From: Octopus vulgaris
Lineage: Eukaryota
Assembly: GCA_951406725.2 (NCBI GenBank)
Contig: OX597824.1
Coordinates: forward strand, 69,130,001-69,194,000
Direction of reading: 5' to 3'
Length of the DNA stretch: 64,000 nucleotides
The notes beneath the pieces were generated by a model. The model saw only the letters and a list, made by a program, of their open reading frames with translations. It was not told where the DNA came from and did not search any database. Position 1 is the first letter of the stretch; every line of letters begins with the position of its first letter. Positions 13,526-27,809 of this stretch are shown in pieces. The translations under genes were made by a program, and so were the position numbers.

Positions 13526-13922
13526 AGGCGCAGGGTTAGGGTTAGGTAAGTAGCTTGCTTACCAACCACATGATTCCGGGTTCAGTCCAACTGCGTGGCA
13601 CCTTGAGCAAGTGTCTTCTACAATTGCCTTGAGCCGACCAAAGCCTTGTGAGTAGATTTGGTAGGCGGAAACTGAGAGAAGCCCATCGTATATATGTATA
13701 TATATATATGTGTATGTGCATGTTTGTGTGTCTGTGTCTGTCGCTTGACAACCGATGCTAGTGTGTTTACGTACCCGTAACTTAGCTGTTGGGTAAAAGA
13801 GACCGATACAATAAGTACTAGGCTCACAAAGAATAAGTCCTGGGATCGATTTGCTCAACTAAAGGCGGTGCTCCAGCATGGCAACAAACAAAATGGCTGA
13901 AACAAGTAAGAGAGTAAAGAGT
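13526..13922 (+). mobile_element. SINE family A, near full length
   Basis: Head GGTAAGTAGCTTGCTTACCAACCACATG...GGCACCTTGAGCAAGTGTCTTC, internal TA/TG repeat, tail GGCGGTGCTCCAGCATGG...GAAACAAGTAAGAGAG. Confidence 0.9.
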
Positions 13923-13952
13923 ATATATCTGTGTCTGTGTTTGTGATTTTTC

Positions 13953-14017
<65 letters not shown>

Positions 14018-14104
14018 ACTTGTGCGGTAGATATGAAAAATTAGAATGTATAAGCACGGGGCATATACTGGATTGTCTCTTGTATATATGTTTAATCTTG
14101 ACCA

Positions 14105-14173
14105 CCTGCTGAAGAAGACTTCGCGTAGCAAATAATTTTATTTGCTAAAAAAAGTTTGAAACCATGGTCCAGG
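14105..14173 (+). ncRNA. Type-I minimal hammerhead ribozyme, in a ~390-bp non-coding insert (14015-14405) between (TA)n arrays
   Basis: Stem I CCUG/CAGG; CUGAAGA (14109-14115); stem II AGACUU/AAGUUU extended by UAGCAAAUA/UAUUUGCUA; GAAAC (14158-14162); palindromic CAUG; canonical GUC triplet (14167-14169). Confidence 0.85.
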
Positions 14174-14398
14174 AGTTGGATGGTAAATGATCCTATTTTT
14201 CATTCCCTTCGAAGTTTTATCCCTAATAGTAGTTTGGAATTTAACTGTTCTTTCTAGCGTGCAAGGAGTCCTATGATGGATGCAACTTATGTGTTTAAAT
14301 TTACACTGTATTTATATGAATAATATATAGTCTATTGACTAAATTTTTACCCGCTAGGCCACTGGTAGTAGAAATTTCGAATATTTCTTATACCCTTG

Positions 14399-14471
<73 letters not shown>

Positions 14472-14472
14472 A

Positions 14473-14544
<72 letters not shown>

Positions 14545-14546
<2 letters not shown>

Positions 14547-14747
14547 AAGGAATACAAAAAATGCAAAACATCCAGACAGCTAGATGATACAAAAAAGGGA
14601 CAAGAAAAATCACGGACGGGTCATTCGAAGTTTTCCTTCCTCAGTCGAGTTCCAGATTATCGTTGCAATTTCGGCTGGTTATACTCAAGACTGCTCCGGT
14701 CTGGCCAGCCCCCAGGTAAAACTAAGCTAAGAGCACTAGATTCCTTG
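14545..14747 (-). mobile_element. Short interspersed element, probably a Penelope 3' tail (second copy at ~62000-62168, + strand)
   Basis: Shared GAGTATAACCAGC.GAAATTGCAA.GATAATCTGGAACTCGACTGAGGAA.GAAAACT. Hammerhead-like GGCUGG...CCAGCC-GAAA-UUGCAA with a mutated core. Confidence 0.6.
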
Positions 14748-16058
14748 TATGTATGTATGTATGTATGTATGTATGTATGTTTGTATGTATGTATGTATGT
14801 ATGTATGTATGTATGTATGTATGTGTTATGTATGTGTGTGTATGCATGTATGTACGTATGTATGTTTGAATGTATGTCTGTGCACGTGCATTTGTGTGAT
14901 TTGTGTGTTTGTATGCATAGAGTCGTTAATACGTAGAAGAAAGTAGCATGAGATTTAGTTTCCAATCATTTGCTTCTTAATATGTACCGTTCCATTCTAC
15001 CAAAATTTTCGCTCCTACGACATTAATATCTATAATAGACTATAATGGCGGCTGTCTGCACATTGACGGCATCCGGTAACATGGCTGACAGAAAATGCGT
15101 TGTGCAACTCATTTGCATTCTGATTTGATATGCCACTGGTGTCGACTTTACCTTTCGTGCTTCTTGGGGAAGGATATTGCCAAATTAATACCAGTAGGAG
15201 CCAGATATAACGTTCCTCTGACGATACTCTAGCCCTAGTGCCAACGCTAACTTGCGATATTAATGAAATATTAAAATACTTGAAACATACATTAGCATAA
15301 GCACGTATCTCGTATTCTTACGTAAATGGGTTTTCTAAAAGAAATAACAGCCCAACTTCCCTCAAATGACCCTCTGTTGTCTTCAAAAAACGTGATAGGC
15401 ACATTGGATATTGCAGCTCAGCGTTAAAACCCAGTTTAAAGTATTTGGATAGTTACTGCTGTAATGCTCTCTTGATCGCCGAGTTGTTCGTCAGGCACTG
15501 AACTGCGGTTAGACAAAAACAAAACTGACACGCGCACACGTACTTACAGACAAGTACACAGTCACCCCTCACACACATACGTATACATAGACACATAGAC
15601 TTAGGATGTCGATCATAACTCCAGAGTCACGATCTGTGGTCATCTAGGCTGTCTGAAAAATAATCAAATAGATATATGAGAATATTGAATACAATAACGT
15701 TTTTCAACTTTCACTTACAGATTGTAACATTAGATAACATACATACACACACGCTTATATACATACCTGCATACAGACATGCAGACAAGCAGACTGACTA
15801 ACAGACAGGGAGAGAAAGAGAGAGAGAGAGATGGGTATATATGTATATATATATTTACACATCCATATATACCTACACATATATGAATATATAATAGGCA
15901 CAGGAGCGGCTGCATGGTAAAAAGCTTGCTTCTCAACCACGTTGTTCTCAGTTCGGTTTCACTACGTGGCACCTTGAGCAAGTGTTTTCTACTATAGCCT
16001 CGGGCCGACCAAAACCTTGTGAGTGAACTTGGTAGACTTAAACTGAAAGAAGTCCGTT

Positions 16059-16104
<46 letters not shown>

Positions 16105-16418
16105 TGTCTGTCTGTCTGTCCTCACCTACTATCGTTTGACAACCGATGTTGGTGGGTTTATGTTACCAATTACATAACCAATTTATATATATATCTATAT
16201 ACACGTAACTATATACATTCAAACGCACACACACACTCGCACGCACACATACACACATACACACACACACACACAGGTACGCATTTATATGTGTGATTTT
16301 GTCTATGTGTGTTTATGCCTATGTATGAATATTTGAACGTGTGCGGATTTAGAGAGAGATAGGAGAGAGAAGGGGGAGATGTAGAGAGAAAAGTGGAGAG
16401 AGAAATAAATAGATCATT

Positions 16419-16472
<54 letters not shown>

Positions 16473-16766
16473 TATATTTAAGATTTAATATTCGGACTAT
16501 AAACCTACAATTTACAGGCGAAAATATGTTTATTATTTTAAAAGATTACCTCTGTCATTAGTGTTTCATCAAGCTATATTTATATTGCAAGGGGTTTCCA
16601 TATCAGTCAAGACAAAAAACAAAAATAATAAAAACAAATGCTAATCTATATATATATTGAAATTCTGTTTATCAGGGATTATGTGGTTATAATGAATCTT
16701 TACTAAGTTTCCCTTATTTGATCTTGGATCCTCATCAGGAACCTTATATTTTTATAGACCTATATA

Positions 16767-16955
16767 CAGGATGACCATAAATTATCATTGCAATTTGAAA
16801 AATTCAAGTAAAATAAAGAATAAGAATAACTCCGCAGAGCTTATCGGAAAACAGGCAAAAATTTAAAAAAATTATTGAAAGCATCAGAACACTTCCACGT
16901 CTACACGTCTACACAATAAATTGTGGAATTGTAAAGCTAATTTATGAACACTCCG
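16767..16955. mobile_element. Old Tc1/mariner-type MITE
   Basis: Degenerate TIRs CAGGATGACCATAAATTATCATTGCAATT vs the reverse complement CGGAGTGTTCATAAATTAGCTTTACAATT; TA on both sides. Confidence 0.5.
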
Positions 16956-17223
16956 TATTAGCTCAAGTTTGGTTTGAACTCATACTCTTAACAATAAATT
17001 GTGGAATTGTAAAGCTAATTTATGAACACTCCGTATTAGCTCAAGTTTGGTTTGAACTCATACTCTTAACAATAAATTGTGGAATTGTAAAGCTAATTTA
17101 TGAACACTCCGTATTAGCTCAAGTTTGGTTTAAACTCATACTCTTAACAATAAATTGTGGAATTGTAAAGCTAATTTATGAACACTCCGTATTAGCTCAA
17201 GTTTGGTTTGAACTCATACTCTT
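16913..17223 (+). repeat. 78-bp tandem repeat x4
   Basis: Units start at 16913, 16991, 17069 and 17147 (ACAATAAATTGTGGAATTGTAAAGC...CATACTCTTA); only about one substitution among units. Confidence 0.97.
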
Positions 17224-17344
17224 CCTGTCGAAAATTCTAAAATATTGGTTATCAATTCCATCCGCAGGTGCTTTTGCAAAATTTGTATCTTATGTAAAGA
17301 ATTATACTAGTTATATATATATATATATATATTTTTTTTTTTTT

Positions 17345-17560
17345 CTTTATTGCCCAGGGGGCTAAAAACAGAGGGGACAAACAAAGGGCTTAAGTCGATT
17401 ACATCGACCCCAGTGCGTAACTGGTACATAATTTATCGACCCCGAAAGAATGAAAGGCAAAGTCGACCTCGGCGAAATTTGAACTCAGAACGTAACGGCA
17501 GCCGAAATACCGCTAAGCATTTCGCCCGGCGTGCTAACGATTCTGCCAGCTCGCCGCCTT
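17345..17560 (-). mobile_element. tRNA-derived SINE, family C
   Basis: Minus strand GGCGGCGAGCTGGCAGAATCGTTAGCACGCCGGGCGAAATGC...GAGTTCAAAT...GTCGACTTTGCCTTTCATTCTTTCGGGGTCGATAAA. Other copies at about 37015-37215, 39625-39840, 39857-40068, 40070-40250, 41490-41604, 42060-42245, 43769-43980, 45000-45110 and 53881-54080. Confidence 0.9.
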
Positions 17561-17575
17561 AAATTGTGGAATTCT

Positions 17576-17605
<30 letters not shown>

Positions 17606-17610
<5 letters not shown>

Positions 17611-17870
17611 TGTTCCTTCTCGAGCCATGCCTGGCTCATTAGGGCCGGTTTCCCGGTTTCCTTCGCGTATAGGTTCCTCACCTAGACGGGACGCCGGTCC
17701 GTCGCAGGTGAGCTGCAAGATTGAGGAGAAAGAGTGAGAGAAAGTTGTGGCGAAAGAGTCACCAGAAGTTCACCGTTACCTCATAAAAACACACATCGCC
17801 CGGTCTGAGATTCAAACCCGCGATCCCTCGACCGCGAGTCCGCTGCTCTAACAACTAGGCCATGTGTCTC
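17606..17870 (-). mobile_element. tRNA-derived SINE (head shared with 29415-29603, different tail)
   Basis: Minus-strand head with A/B boxes. GAGTGAGAGAAAGTTGTGG.GAAAGAGT is shared with ~29425. Confidence 0.75.
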
Positions 17871-17882
17871 CACACACACACA

Positions 17883-17945
<63 letters not shown>

Positions 17946-17957
17946 GCACACACACGC

Positions 17958-18025
<68 letters not shown>

Positions 18026-18059
18026 ACACACACGCACGCACACACACACACGCACACGC

Positions 18060-18121
<62 letters not shown>

Positions 18122-18984
18122 CACATATATGTATGTGTTCTATTATTCTTTTATTTGCTTCAGTCACTTTACTGCAGCCAAGCCGTAACACTACTTTAGA
18201 GGATTTTAGTCGAACAAATCGACCCCAGCACATATTTTTAAAGCCTAGTACTTGTTCTATCGATCGTTTTTGACGAGCCGTTAAGTTATCGGGACGTATA
18301 AAGGATAGTTTGATGTATGATAATATAAACCCCTTATAATATATATATATATATATATATAATGAAACAAAAACGAAGAAAAGCCAGGTCGTGGTAAGTG
18401 CAAAATATTAACAGACGCTCAGGGAAGGAAAGAAAGGCAAAGAATGTATATCAGTCACTAGGGAACAATAATTAAGTAACCAACTTAATTAGCTTACACC
18501 TATCAAACTGAATCCATTCGTAATTGAATGCTTATGTACACACCAACTAGCTTCATCGAAGATTCAAAAATGAAATGCAATTTTATTTAAGAATGCCTTT
18601 AAAGGCATAAAGCATTTGTAGTGCACCTAAGTACACCTTGTTGGCCCCCTGAGCAATGCTTGTAGGGTAGTTGAGCAATGTATGCAATAAGTTCGTTGTT
18701 ATATGCAAAGCATCACCAAAATATAGAATCGAATTTGATGAGCAAAAGACACTCCCAGGAATATGTATATTTACATAATATTTCAAATAAATGTGTATAC
18801 AGGTGTCATAGATGGCCATGTGATGAACTCATACACAACTAAGCGATATATATATATATACATAGGAAATAAAATACAAAAGATGGAATATACGAGAATT
18901 TATTAATCACCACAATTGTTTCGACACATCTACCATCGATCCCTCACGGATGGGACACGGGTGGGACAATCATCTCATCATGTT

Positions 18985-19165
18985 GGACTCTGCACATTTT
19001 TTTCTCTCTCCGATTTTTTCATTCTCTCTCCATTTTTTTCCCTCTTAATACTTTCTGCTGAATAACGTATGCTCGAAACAAAAATGACTTTTCCACTTTT
19101 CCTGAGCGTTCAACTAATACACCTTCTCCTACACCTTCTTCGTCTTTCGTTTTCTGCAAATTTAT
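18985..19165 (+). mobile_element. Penelope-like 3' tail fragment (same family as 33860-34083; a related piece lies at ~18365-18440 on the minus strand)
   Basis: CTTTCTGCTGAATAACGTATGCTCGAAAC and TTCCTGAGCG..ACTAATAC match the tail of the 31691-34083 element. Ends at (TA)n. Confidence 0.7.
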
Positions 19166-19168
19166 ATG

Positions 19169-19226
<58 letters not shown>

Positions 19227-19862
19227 TAAATAGGGTTTCTAGGAAAAATGATTTTATCATGCTTCAAACTACCTTTTATATGAATTTTGATACTATTGGA
19301 AACTAACCTTACGCTATGATATTCATAATATTATATTATAGATTATTACAAATATATTAGTTCAATGCTAGTTTTATTATACTTATTTTACTCTGCATTG
19401 AAGCTATTTTACAAACGGATTATTATACTGTTTTATTCTAAATATCATACTCTTTTATACCATCTAATACTATTTTATACTAGTTTTATAGTATTCTGTT
19501 TTACGCTGTTTTTAATCTATATTAGTACTTTTACTATTTCTTATTAGTATCATGCTATTTAATATTACTTCACACTATAGTTATTTATTAGGTTCATGCT
19601 GTTTCAATATTAGTATTATGCTACTTAATATTACTTTACACTATACAGTTATTTATTAGTTTCATACTGTTTCAATATTAAGTAATACTAGTTTTATACT
19701 ATACTGTAGTATAGTTTTTACTCTGTGTATTAGTTTTATTGTACAATGACAACCAAAAGGTAATAAAATTCTTATTCTGTGAGACATTGAGATGGTAGTA
19801 TCAAAATTTATAAACCTGATAATAATACCAAGTCTACAACATACTTAAACATACAAGCGGAC

Positions 19863-19898
<36 letters not shown>

Positions 19899-20058
19899 AT
19901 GTGTGTGTGTGTTTATGTATGTATGTATAACTGTATGTATATATATATAAATATGTATATATACATATGAACATATACTAATGCAGACACATACACTCAC
20001 ACACATATGTATTATATGTATATATACAATATGGTCATATACTAATCCACACACACAT

Positions 20059-20097
<39 letters not shown>

Positions 20098-20789
20098 CGC
20101 ATAAGTAGCTAGATTGATGTATATATATATGTGTGTGTGTATATATATGTATATATGTATATATATATGTATGTATATATATACACATATGTATATAGTT
20201 ATTACATATGCTTACACACACGTACCCATACACACGTGCACACACACACACACACATATATATATATAAATATGCATACATATATATGCACGTATATATA
20301 TATACATGTACATATAAGTACGAGCATATATATATATACTTATGTGTGTGTGTGTGCGTGCATATACACACATATCTATGCATTAATACACGCCCATACA
20401 CAAGCACACTTTCACTCACTCGCACATAGGAACGCACACATACGTAAATGATAAAACGTATATTCACAAACATACATACATGTCAGTCTGTGATATAAAC
20501 ATACATACACACAAACACATACACATAGATACATATACATATATGTATGTATATGAACAACTATATGTATGCTCGTGTGCGTGTATGTGTATGTGTGCGT
20601 GTGTGTTCCTCTGTGTGTGTGTGTGTGTGTGTGTTTGTATGTGGGTGTGTGTGTGTCATCTGATGATGACTAATCTGTGCGTTATCTTCGTCTACCTGTT
20701 ATGTTACAGAAGATAGTTATCAATCAATATACCAATATATGTCGCAGGAGTTTGGTGCATACCGAATATGGTAAAGATCGGCTCCTATA

Positions 20790-20904
<115 letters not shown>

Positions 20905-21372
20905 AAACATTTATATATGTATATGTATATATATATACATATATATAGATATATATATATATATGTCTATATATATATACGTATATATATACATATATAT
21001 ATATATATGCATTTATACATACACATAGACATATATTCATTTATGTATGTATGCATATATATATATGTATGTGTATGTGTATAGATATAGATATATATAT
21101 AGATAAATAGATAGATAGATATATACATACATATATATAGATGTGTGCATATGTTTATATATATAGTGTGCTTCTGTATGCATACATCTATATATATATA
21201 TATATAGAAAGAGAGAGTGAGAGAGAGAGAGAGAGACAGATGGAGACAGAATGGGGAGAGAGAGAGATACTGATGATAGAAATTGTTGATACACATATAT
21301 TTTTGAACGTAAGTGTGTAAGTATATGTGTTTATACGTGTGCGTGTATGTTTGTACGTGCATATATATATGA

Positions 21373-21411
<39 letters not shown>

Positions 21412-21438
21412 TGTGTATAGAGAGATTACTAGATACAT

Positions 21439-21538
<100 letters not shown>

Positions 21539-21719
21539 CATAGATATAGACTTGCAGACACCAGACGTGTGTGCGTGGGCTTTTGAGCGCATGTATTTAT
21601 ATAAACTTATGTATAAGTTCAACTTAGCATACATATCTACACGGAACCACACTCATGAAAGTAGTTTTCTCTCTCTCTCTCTTTCACTCTTTCTATGTCT
21701 GTCTGTCTGTCTCTCAGTA

Positions 21720-21802
<83 letters not shown>

Positions 21803-21929
21803 ATACATGTATATGTATACATGCTTGTGTACATTCATACATACATATGCGATATATGCATATCTATCTATCTCTCTATCTAGTATATATATATTCGCAC
21901 ACCCACCCAATATATACATACATACATAT

Positions 21930-21996
<67 letters not shown>

Positions 21997-22151
21997 TGTA
22001 AGTGTGTCGATAACTTTGCACAATCATGCATACGTTCTTATGTGTATATATACCTACTTCAATATATGTGCATATAATCCTACACTTATTACACACTGGT
22101 TCATATATACACTCACACAGCGCACTGTGATGCCTACTTCAATACACACAC

Positions 22152-22215
<64 letters not shown>

Positions 22216-22960
22216 GTTAATATATGTATGTGTAAGTATGTATGTATGTATGTATGTATGTATGTATGTATGTATGTATGTATGTATGTATGTATGTATT
22301 ACAGAGAAATGAATTTGAAAGCGATGAATTAGCACCAGACTATCGAGTTTTGACAAGCAGTCACACAGACACACAGATACGTGCAATGATGGAATGACAA
22401 GATATTCCAAATCGAAATCAGCCTCGTCCGGGATTGAACTTGCAACGTAAAGGGAGGTAACTAAGTACTAAATTTCTGCGTTGAACAGCTATTAAGCCTT
22501 TTAGACACCGTTTTGAATTAAGTTGGCAGCATGCTTCTGCTATGGGGAGGAGTGTTCAAGAATTTGTTTACCTCAGACAGCTAAGTTATCCAAGCATATT
22601 CAAATGCTTAATGTTCCTTATTTTGTTATTTTATTATTCTATCATGTTATTTGATTCAGTCATTTGACTGCGGCCATGTTGGAGCAATACCTTGGAGGGT
22701 TTTAGTCGGACAAATCGACTCCCACCACCCCTGACTTGTTTTTCAAGCCTGCTACTTATTCTATCGATTCATTATGCCGGACCGTTTAGCTAAGATGTAA
22801 ACATACGAACACCGGTTGTTAAGAGGTGATGGGGTGGGAACACAGACACAAAGACATACACATAAATATATACATACACATACAAACATATAAATATAAA
22901 TATATACATATACATACAGACACATAAATACACACATACACACACAAACACACACACACA

Positions 22961-23024
<64 letters not shown>

Positions 23025-23217
23025 ATTTACAAGAATCGTTTCTATGCATTCTACACAGCAATTTCCCTGGATAATGGAACAACTACAACTGTAGCATCTT
23101 ACACATATTTTTATTTTTATTCTCTTATTTCCCTTTATACTTCCTATATCCTTCCCTTTACAAAATAACTCCTAATATTGAACTCTACTATTTCCCTCTA
23201 GTTAACTTTTTCACATC

Positions 23218-23265
23218 GTCTCTGATGAAGGGATATCCCTAATATCCCAGAAACAGCTGTAAGAC
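23218..23265 (+). ncRNA. Type-I minimal hammerhead ribozyme, in a ~320-bp insert (23020-23340) between (TA)n arrays
   Basis: Stem I GUCU/AGAC; CUGAUGA (23222-23228); stem II GGGAUAU/AUAUCCC; GAAAC (23250-23254); palindromic AGCU; GUA triplet. Confidence 0.85.
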
Positions 23266-23350
23266 TGCCTTTCTCTTTATAAATGCTCTAAAAATTTCAC
23301 ACAGCCTTGACATTGCCTCATTTTATGTAATATATACATTTGTGTATATG

Positions 23351-23421
<71 letters not shown>

Positions 23422-23665
23422 ATAAGATCGTTCTTTAAATACCGATCCTATCAGGTGGCCAGCATGGGAATAAAAACCTTCAAAGGTAATAATTATTATT
23501 AAAATTATAATTTAGGGTATCTAAGAGTGGTAGTTTCTCTTAGAAACCTATATCTACATATATAAATACATACGTTCAAATATACATGCTTAATGTATCA
23601 AAATAGTGAGTCAGTCATCAGTTTCATGTTGTTTTGTGTTATAACATAAAACAAAAATTTATATT

Positions 23666-23737
<72 letters not shown>

Positions 23738-23739
23738 TA

Positions 23740-24180
23740 CCGTATATACTCGGCTATAAAAAGCCTTCGCGAATAAGACGCACCCCCGACTTAAAAGGTT
23801 CAAATTAGGGATTTTATCATTGACCCGACAAAAAGTCGGAGAGACTGTTTTGCAGCTTGAAAGCGATATCCTACAAATTCCTTTTTCTCTTCATGTTAAC
23901 AAATAACATGGCGCCGAATTAATTGTTTATTTCATGCTAACATAAGTGAAGAAATATATACATATATATCTAAAGATCGTCTTCTGTGTACTTCTCAGCT
24001 TCGGGATTAGCAATTCGGGTTTTTTTCGGTTATTCCAAGTGTTGGAACTTCAGACGTGGCTTGTACCTAGAAAATATCTGAAAATTTTTTTTTTATACGA
24101 TACGCTTATATGTCGCACTCCCCAACTTTAGGTGAGAATTACAGGGCAAAAATGTGCGACTAATAGCCGATTATATACGG
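23740..24180. mobile_element. Non-autonomous Tc2/pogo-like DNA transposon (MITE)
   Basis: TIRs CCGTATATACTCGGCTAT / TAGCCGATTATATACGG, TA target duplication, subterminal repeats (TAAGACGCAC, TATGTCGCAC, GTGCGACTAA). Confidence 0.85.
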
Positions 24181-24569
24181 TATGTATGTATGTATGTATG
24201 TATGTATGTATGTATGTATGTATGTATGTATGTATGTATGTTTGTATTAATGACTTTTCTTTGAGTTTAATTGAAGTTCTTGAGTGAGTTCAAACCGTTC
24301 GCTAATAAAGCCACATGATTTTTGATTTAAGAGAGTTCCCGGTGTTTGTATATATGTGGTCGTGTTGGTGCGTTAGTTGAAATGCTGAGGCTTACATCCA
24401 AATGTGTGCATCTATTCACATAAGCATCTTTCATGGAGAAATTTTAGAATGTCTTACAGATATTTCCTGCGCCACTAATAGATTGGATGTAGAGAATCCA
24501 TCTCAGTCTCTTTTGCTTTTTCTCCGTGAAACCGAGTATTTCTGGTTTGGCGGGGGAGGGGGTTAGATT

Positions 24570-24690
24570 TGTTGGTCATTATTCAGTTTATTTCAAGATT
24601 TCTTGCCAATAGAGAACGAACCGGTTTCTAACCTAGATCCAAGGTTGCTTCATTGGCATTTCAACATCAACAACAAGGTATTTTTGTTTG
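24570..24690. repeat. ~120-bp interspersed repeat followed by (GTAT)n; second copy at ~29653-29775
   Basis: TGTTGGT.ATTAT.CAG.TTTATTTCAAGATTTCTTG.CAATAGAGAA.GA.CCGGTTTCTAA.CTAGA...TTTCAACATCAACAACA.GGTATTTTTG is present in both copies. Confidence 0.85.
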
Positions 24691-25127
24691 TATGTATGTA
24701 TGAATGCATGTATATATGTATGTGTGTCTGTCGCTTTGTGATTCACTGCTGCGACGATTTTCACCTCGCTTCTATAGATATTGTGGTTAACACCACATAA
24801 CTTTGAAGAGATTTTCCGTTACGCAAAATCCACAAAGTCACCCTTCAACGGTGTATATGCATGCAGTAGGCTACATAGATATCAAAAGAAGAACCCTATT
24901 ATAAACCAACGCCATTGTACTCGATTCTTTCGGAAGACAGTCAATTATTAAGAAATATATTAAAATATGACAACAAACAGCTGTTGAGTCAATAGGGAAA
25001 CATATATTAGGGTATAAATAATACCGGGTTAACCAATATTTCGTTATGATAAGGAAAGACTAGAGAAGAGAAATACGTTACGAATTAGGAAATGTATCAC
25101 AATGTGCAATACAACGAACATTTTGCG

Positions 25128-25184
25128 GAGTCAGGGAAAGTATACAGAGTCAGGGAAAGTATATAGAGTCAGGGAAAGTATACA
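25128..25184 (+). repeat. 19-bp tandem repeat x3
   Basis: GAGTCAGGGAAAGTATACA at 25128, 25147 and 25166. Confidence 0.95.
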
Positions 25185-26398
25185 GCTGTGTTAGCTAGAA
25201 CTTGGAAAATGCATCGTAATGGTATTCTTTTATTCTTTTTATTCTTTTACTTGTTTCAGTCATTTGACTATCCCCATGCTGGAGCACCGCCTTGAAGGAT
25301 TTTAGTCCAACAAATCGACCCCATGAGTTATTTTTTAAGCCTTGTACTTATGCTATCGGTCCCTTTTCCCGAACCGCCAAATTACAGGGACGTAAACAAA
25401 GAAATAACGGTTGTCACGCGGAGATGTGGGAGGACAAGCACAGACACAAAGACGCACACTCATAGATACATATACATGCATACATACACACACACACACA
25501 CATACGACGGGAGTCTTTCAGTTTCCATCTACTATATCCACTCATGAGGCTTTGGTTGGCCCAAAGACACTTGCCCAAGATGCCATGCAGTGAGCCTGAA
25601 CCCGGAACCATGGATGGGGACAAGCTTCTTATCTCACACAGTGACGGACATATTTGGGATGGTGTGACGTCACAGCATGTTGAGGATATATCTGTCATAT
25701 AATGAAAAGAACTATGTGGTTTCCATTTTGTTCCATTCCTCTGTTGTTGATCCAACACTGGATGAAGGCTTTAGTAGGAGAACCCCCATTGTCAGGTGGG
25801 GAATGTAGGGTGATTAATTCTAGCCAACGGCATTCTAGTTGGAATTTGGATTCCCTAAAGTAATGTGCGACAATATATTAGCAATATGACCAATTTTGTG
25901 AGTAGAAAACGGTGTAGAGATAGTGTTATTCTTACCTTCAATCATTGGACTGCAGCCAGGCTGGGGCATAGCGGTGAAATTTTAAGCCTGAAAGACCACA
26001 TTCCATAGGTATCTTTTTTCGAATTGCTCAAAAGTTGCGATGACCTAGACAAACCGGTTTCGGTTGTCAGGCGGTGGGAAGACAAACACAAAAGCGCACA
26101 TAAACACTTACATATACATAGATAAGTACATAAACATTCATGTATGTGTGTGCATATAATATATATGCACACAGGTGCAGGAGTGGCTGTGTGGTAAGTA
26201 GCTTGCTTACCAACCACATGGTTCCGGTTTCAGTCCCACTGTGTGGCATCTTGGGCAAGTGTCTTCTGCTATAGCCCCGGGCCGACAATGCCTTGTGAGT
26301 GGATTTGCGTTTGTGTCTGCTAATTTCAAGGGCAAAGATGAGAGGAATCTGAAGAGACATGCATTCTGGGCATTGCAATGCATTTGTGTATATATGTA

Positions 26399-26433
<35 letters not shown>

Positions 26434-26522
26434 CTGTACGTATATGTATGTATGTCTGTGTCAGAGTGTTTGTGTTTACATATATGTGTGGGTATGTGTG
26501 TGTGTGTACAAATCTACAAAGA

Positions 26523-26553
<31 letters not shown>

Positions 26554-27006
26554 GCTTATAGGTAGATAGATAGATAGACAGATAGAAAGGCTTATAGGTA
26601 GATAGATAGATAGACAGATAGACAGAGAGAGAGAGACAAGGAGATATTGAAATATATATGTTTGTGAAATGTGTGTGTTTGTGTCTCCGTCCGAATGCAT
26701 GTACATATACATACATATACGTATGAAAGTATGTATGTAGTATATGTGTGTGTGTGTGTGTTTATTTATACATACATATATGTATGATATATATGTATAT
26801 ATGTATATATATATGTGTATTTATATATGTATTTATACATATATATATATATGTATGCGTATATATATATATATATGAATGTGTGTGTATATATATATAC
26901 ATATACATACATATATACGTATATATTTTACATATATATATATGTATAAACATAAATATATATATATATATATATGCACATATTCATATGTATAAATGCA
27001 TACACG

Positions 27007-27083
<77 letters not shown>

Positions 27084-27382
27084 GTATATGATTATACATG
27101 TATATAATGGTAGAGCACCGCCTTTAGTCGAAGATATTGTTTGTATGCCTAGTTCATGTTCGGGCTCTTTTGCGAAACTGCTAAGTTTCGGGGACATAAA
27201 CACACCAACAACTATTGTCAAAGGGCCTCTTTCAGTTTCCGTCAACCAAATCTACTGACAAGGATTTGGTCGGTCCGTGGCTATAGTAGAAGACACTTGT
27301 CTGAGATACCATGCAGTGGGACCGAACCCGGAACCATTTGGCTGGAAAGCAAGCTTACCACACATCCACGTTTGCAGCTATA

Positions 27383-27491
<109 letters not shown>

Positions 27492-27492
27492 T

Positions 27493-27536
<44 letters not shown>

Positions 27537-27543
27537 GTTTATG

Positions 27544-27603
<60 letters not shown>

Positions 27604-27773
27604 ATATATGTCTATATATATATACATTTGATTATGCAGCACGCACACACACACATGCACACACTCAAGTACACATACACACACATGTGGATCCATCGAA
27701 GACGACTCATGTTTAGCCACGAAAGTTCCATCAGTTGAGACTTAGAGTATGCTTGCCCCAAGGGCTCAAAAAC

Positions 27774-27809
<36 letters not shown>

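Noticed and set aside
16913-17223. Regular repeat that might be read as a CRISPR array
   Set aside because: The units are contiguous and identical with no unique spacers, there are no cas genes, and the context is eukaryotic.
17560-17573. 14-bp match TAAATTGTGGAATT to the 78-bp repeat unit
   Set aside because: Short, AT-rich and not positioned as a TSD of any identified element.
18440-18830. Non-repetitive-looking segments (also 24840-25125 and 25690-25940) as possible exons or TE remnants
   Set aside because: No motif I can identify with confidence in any frame.
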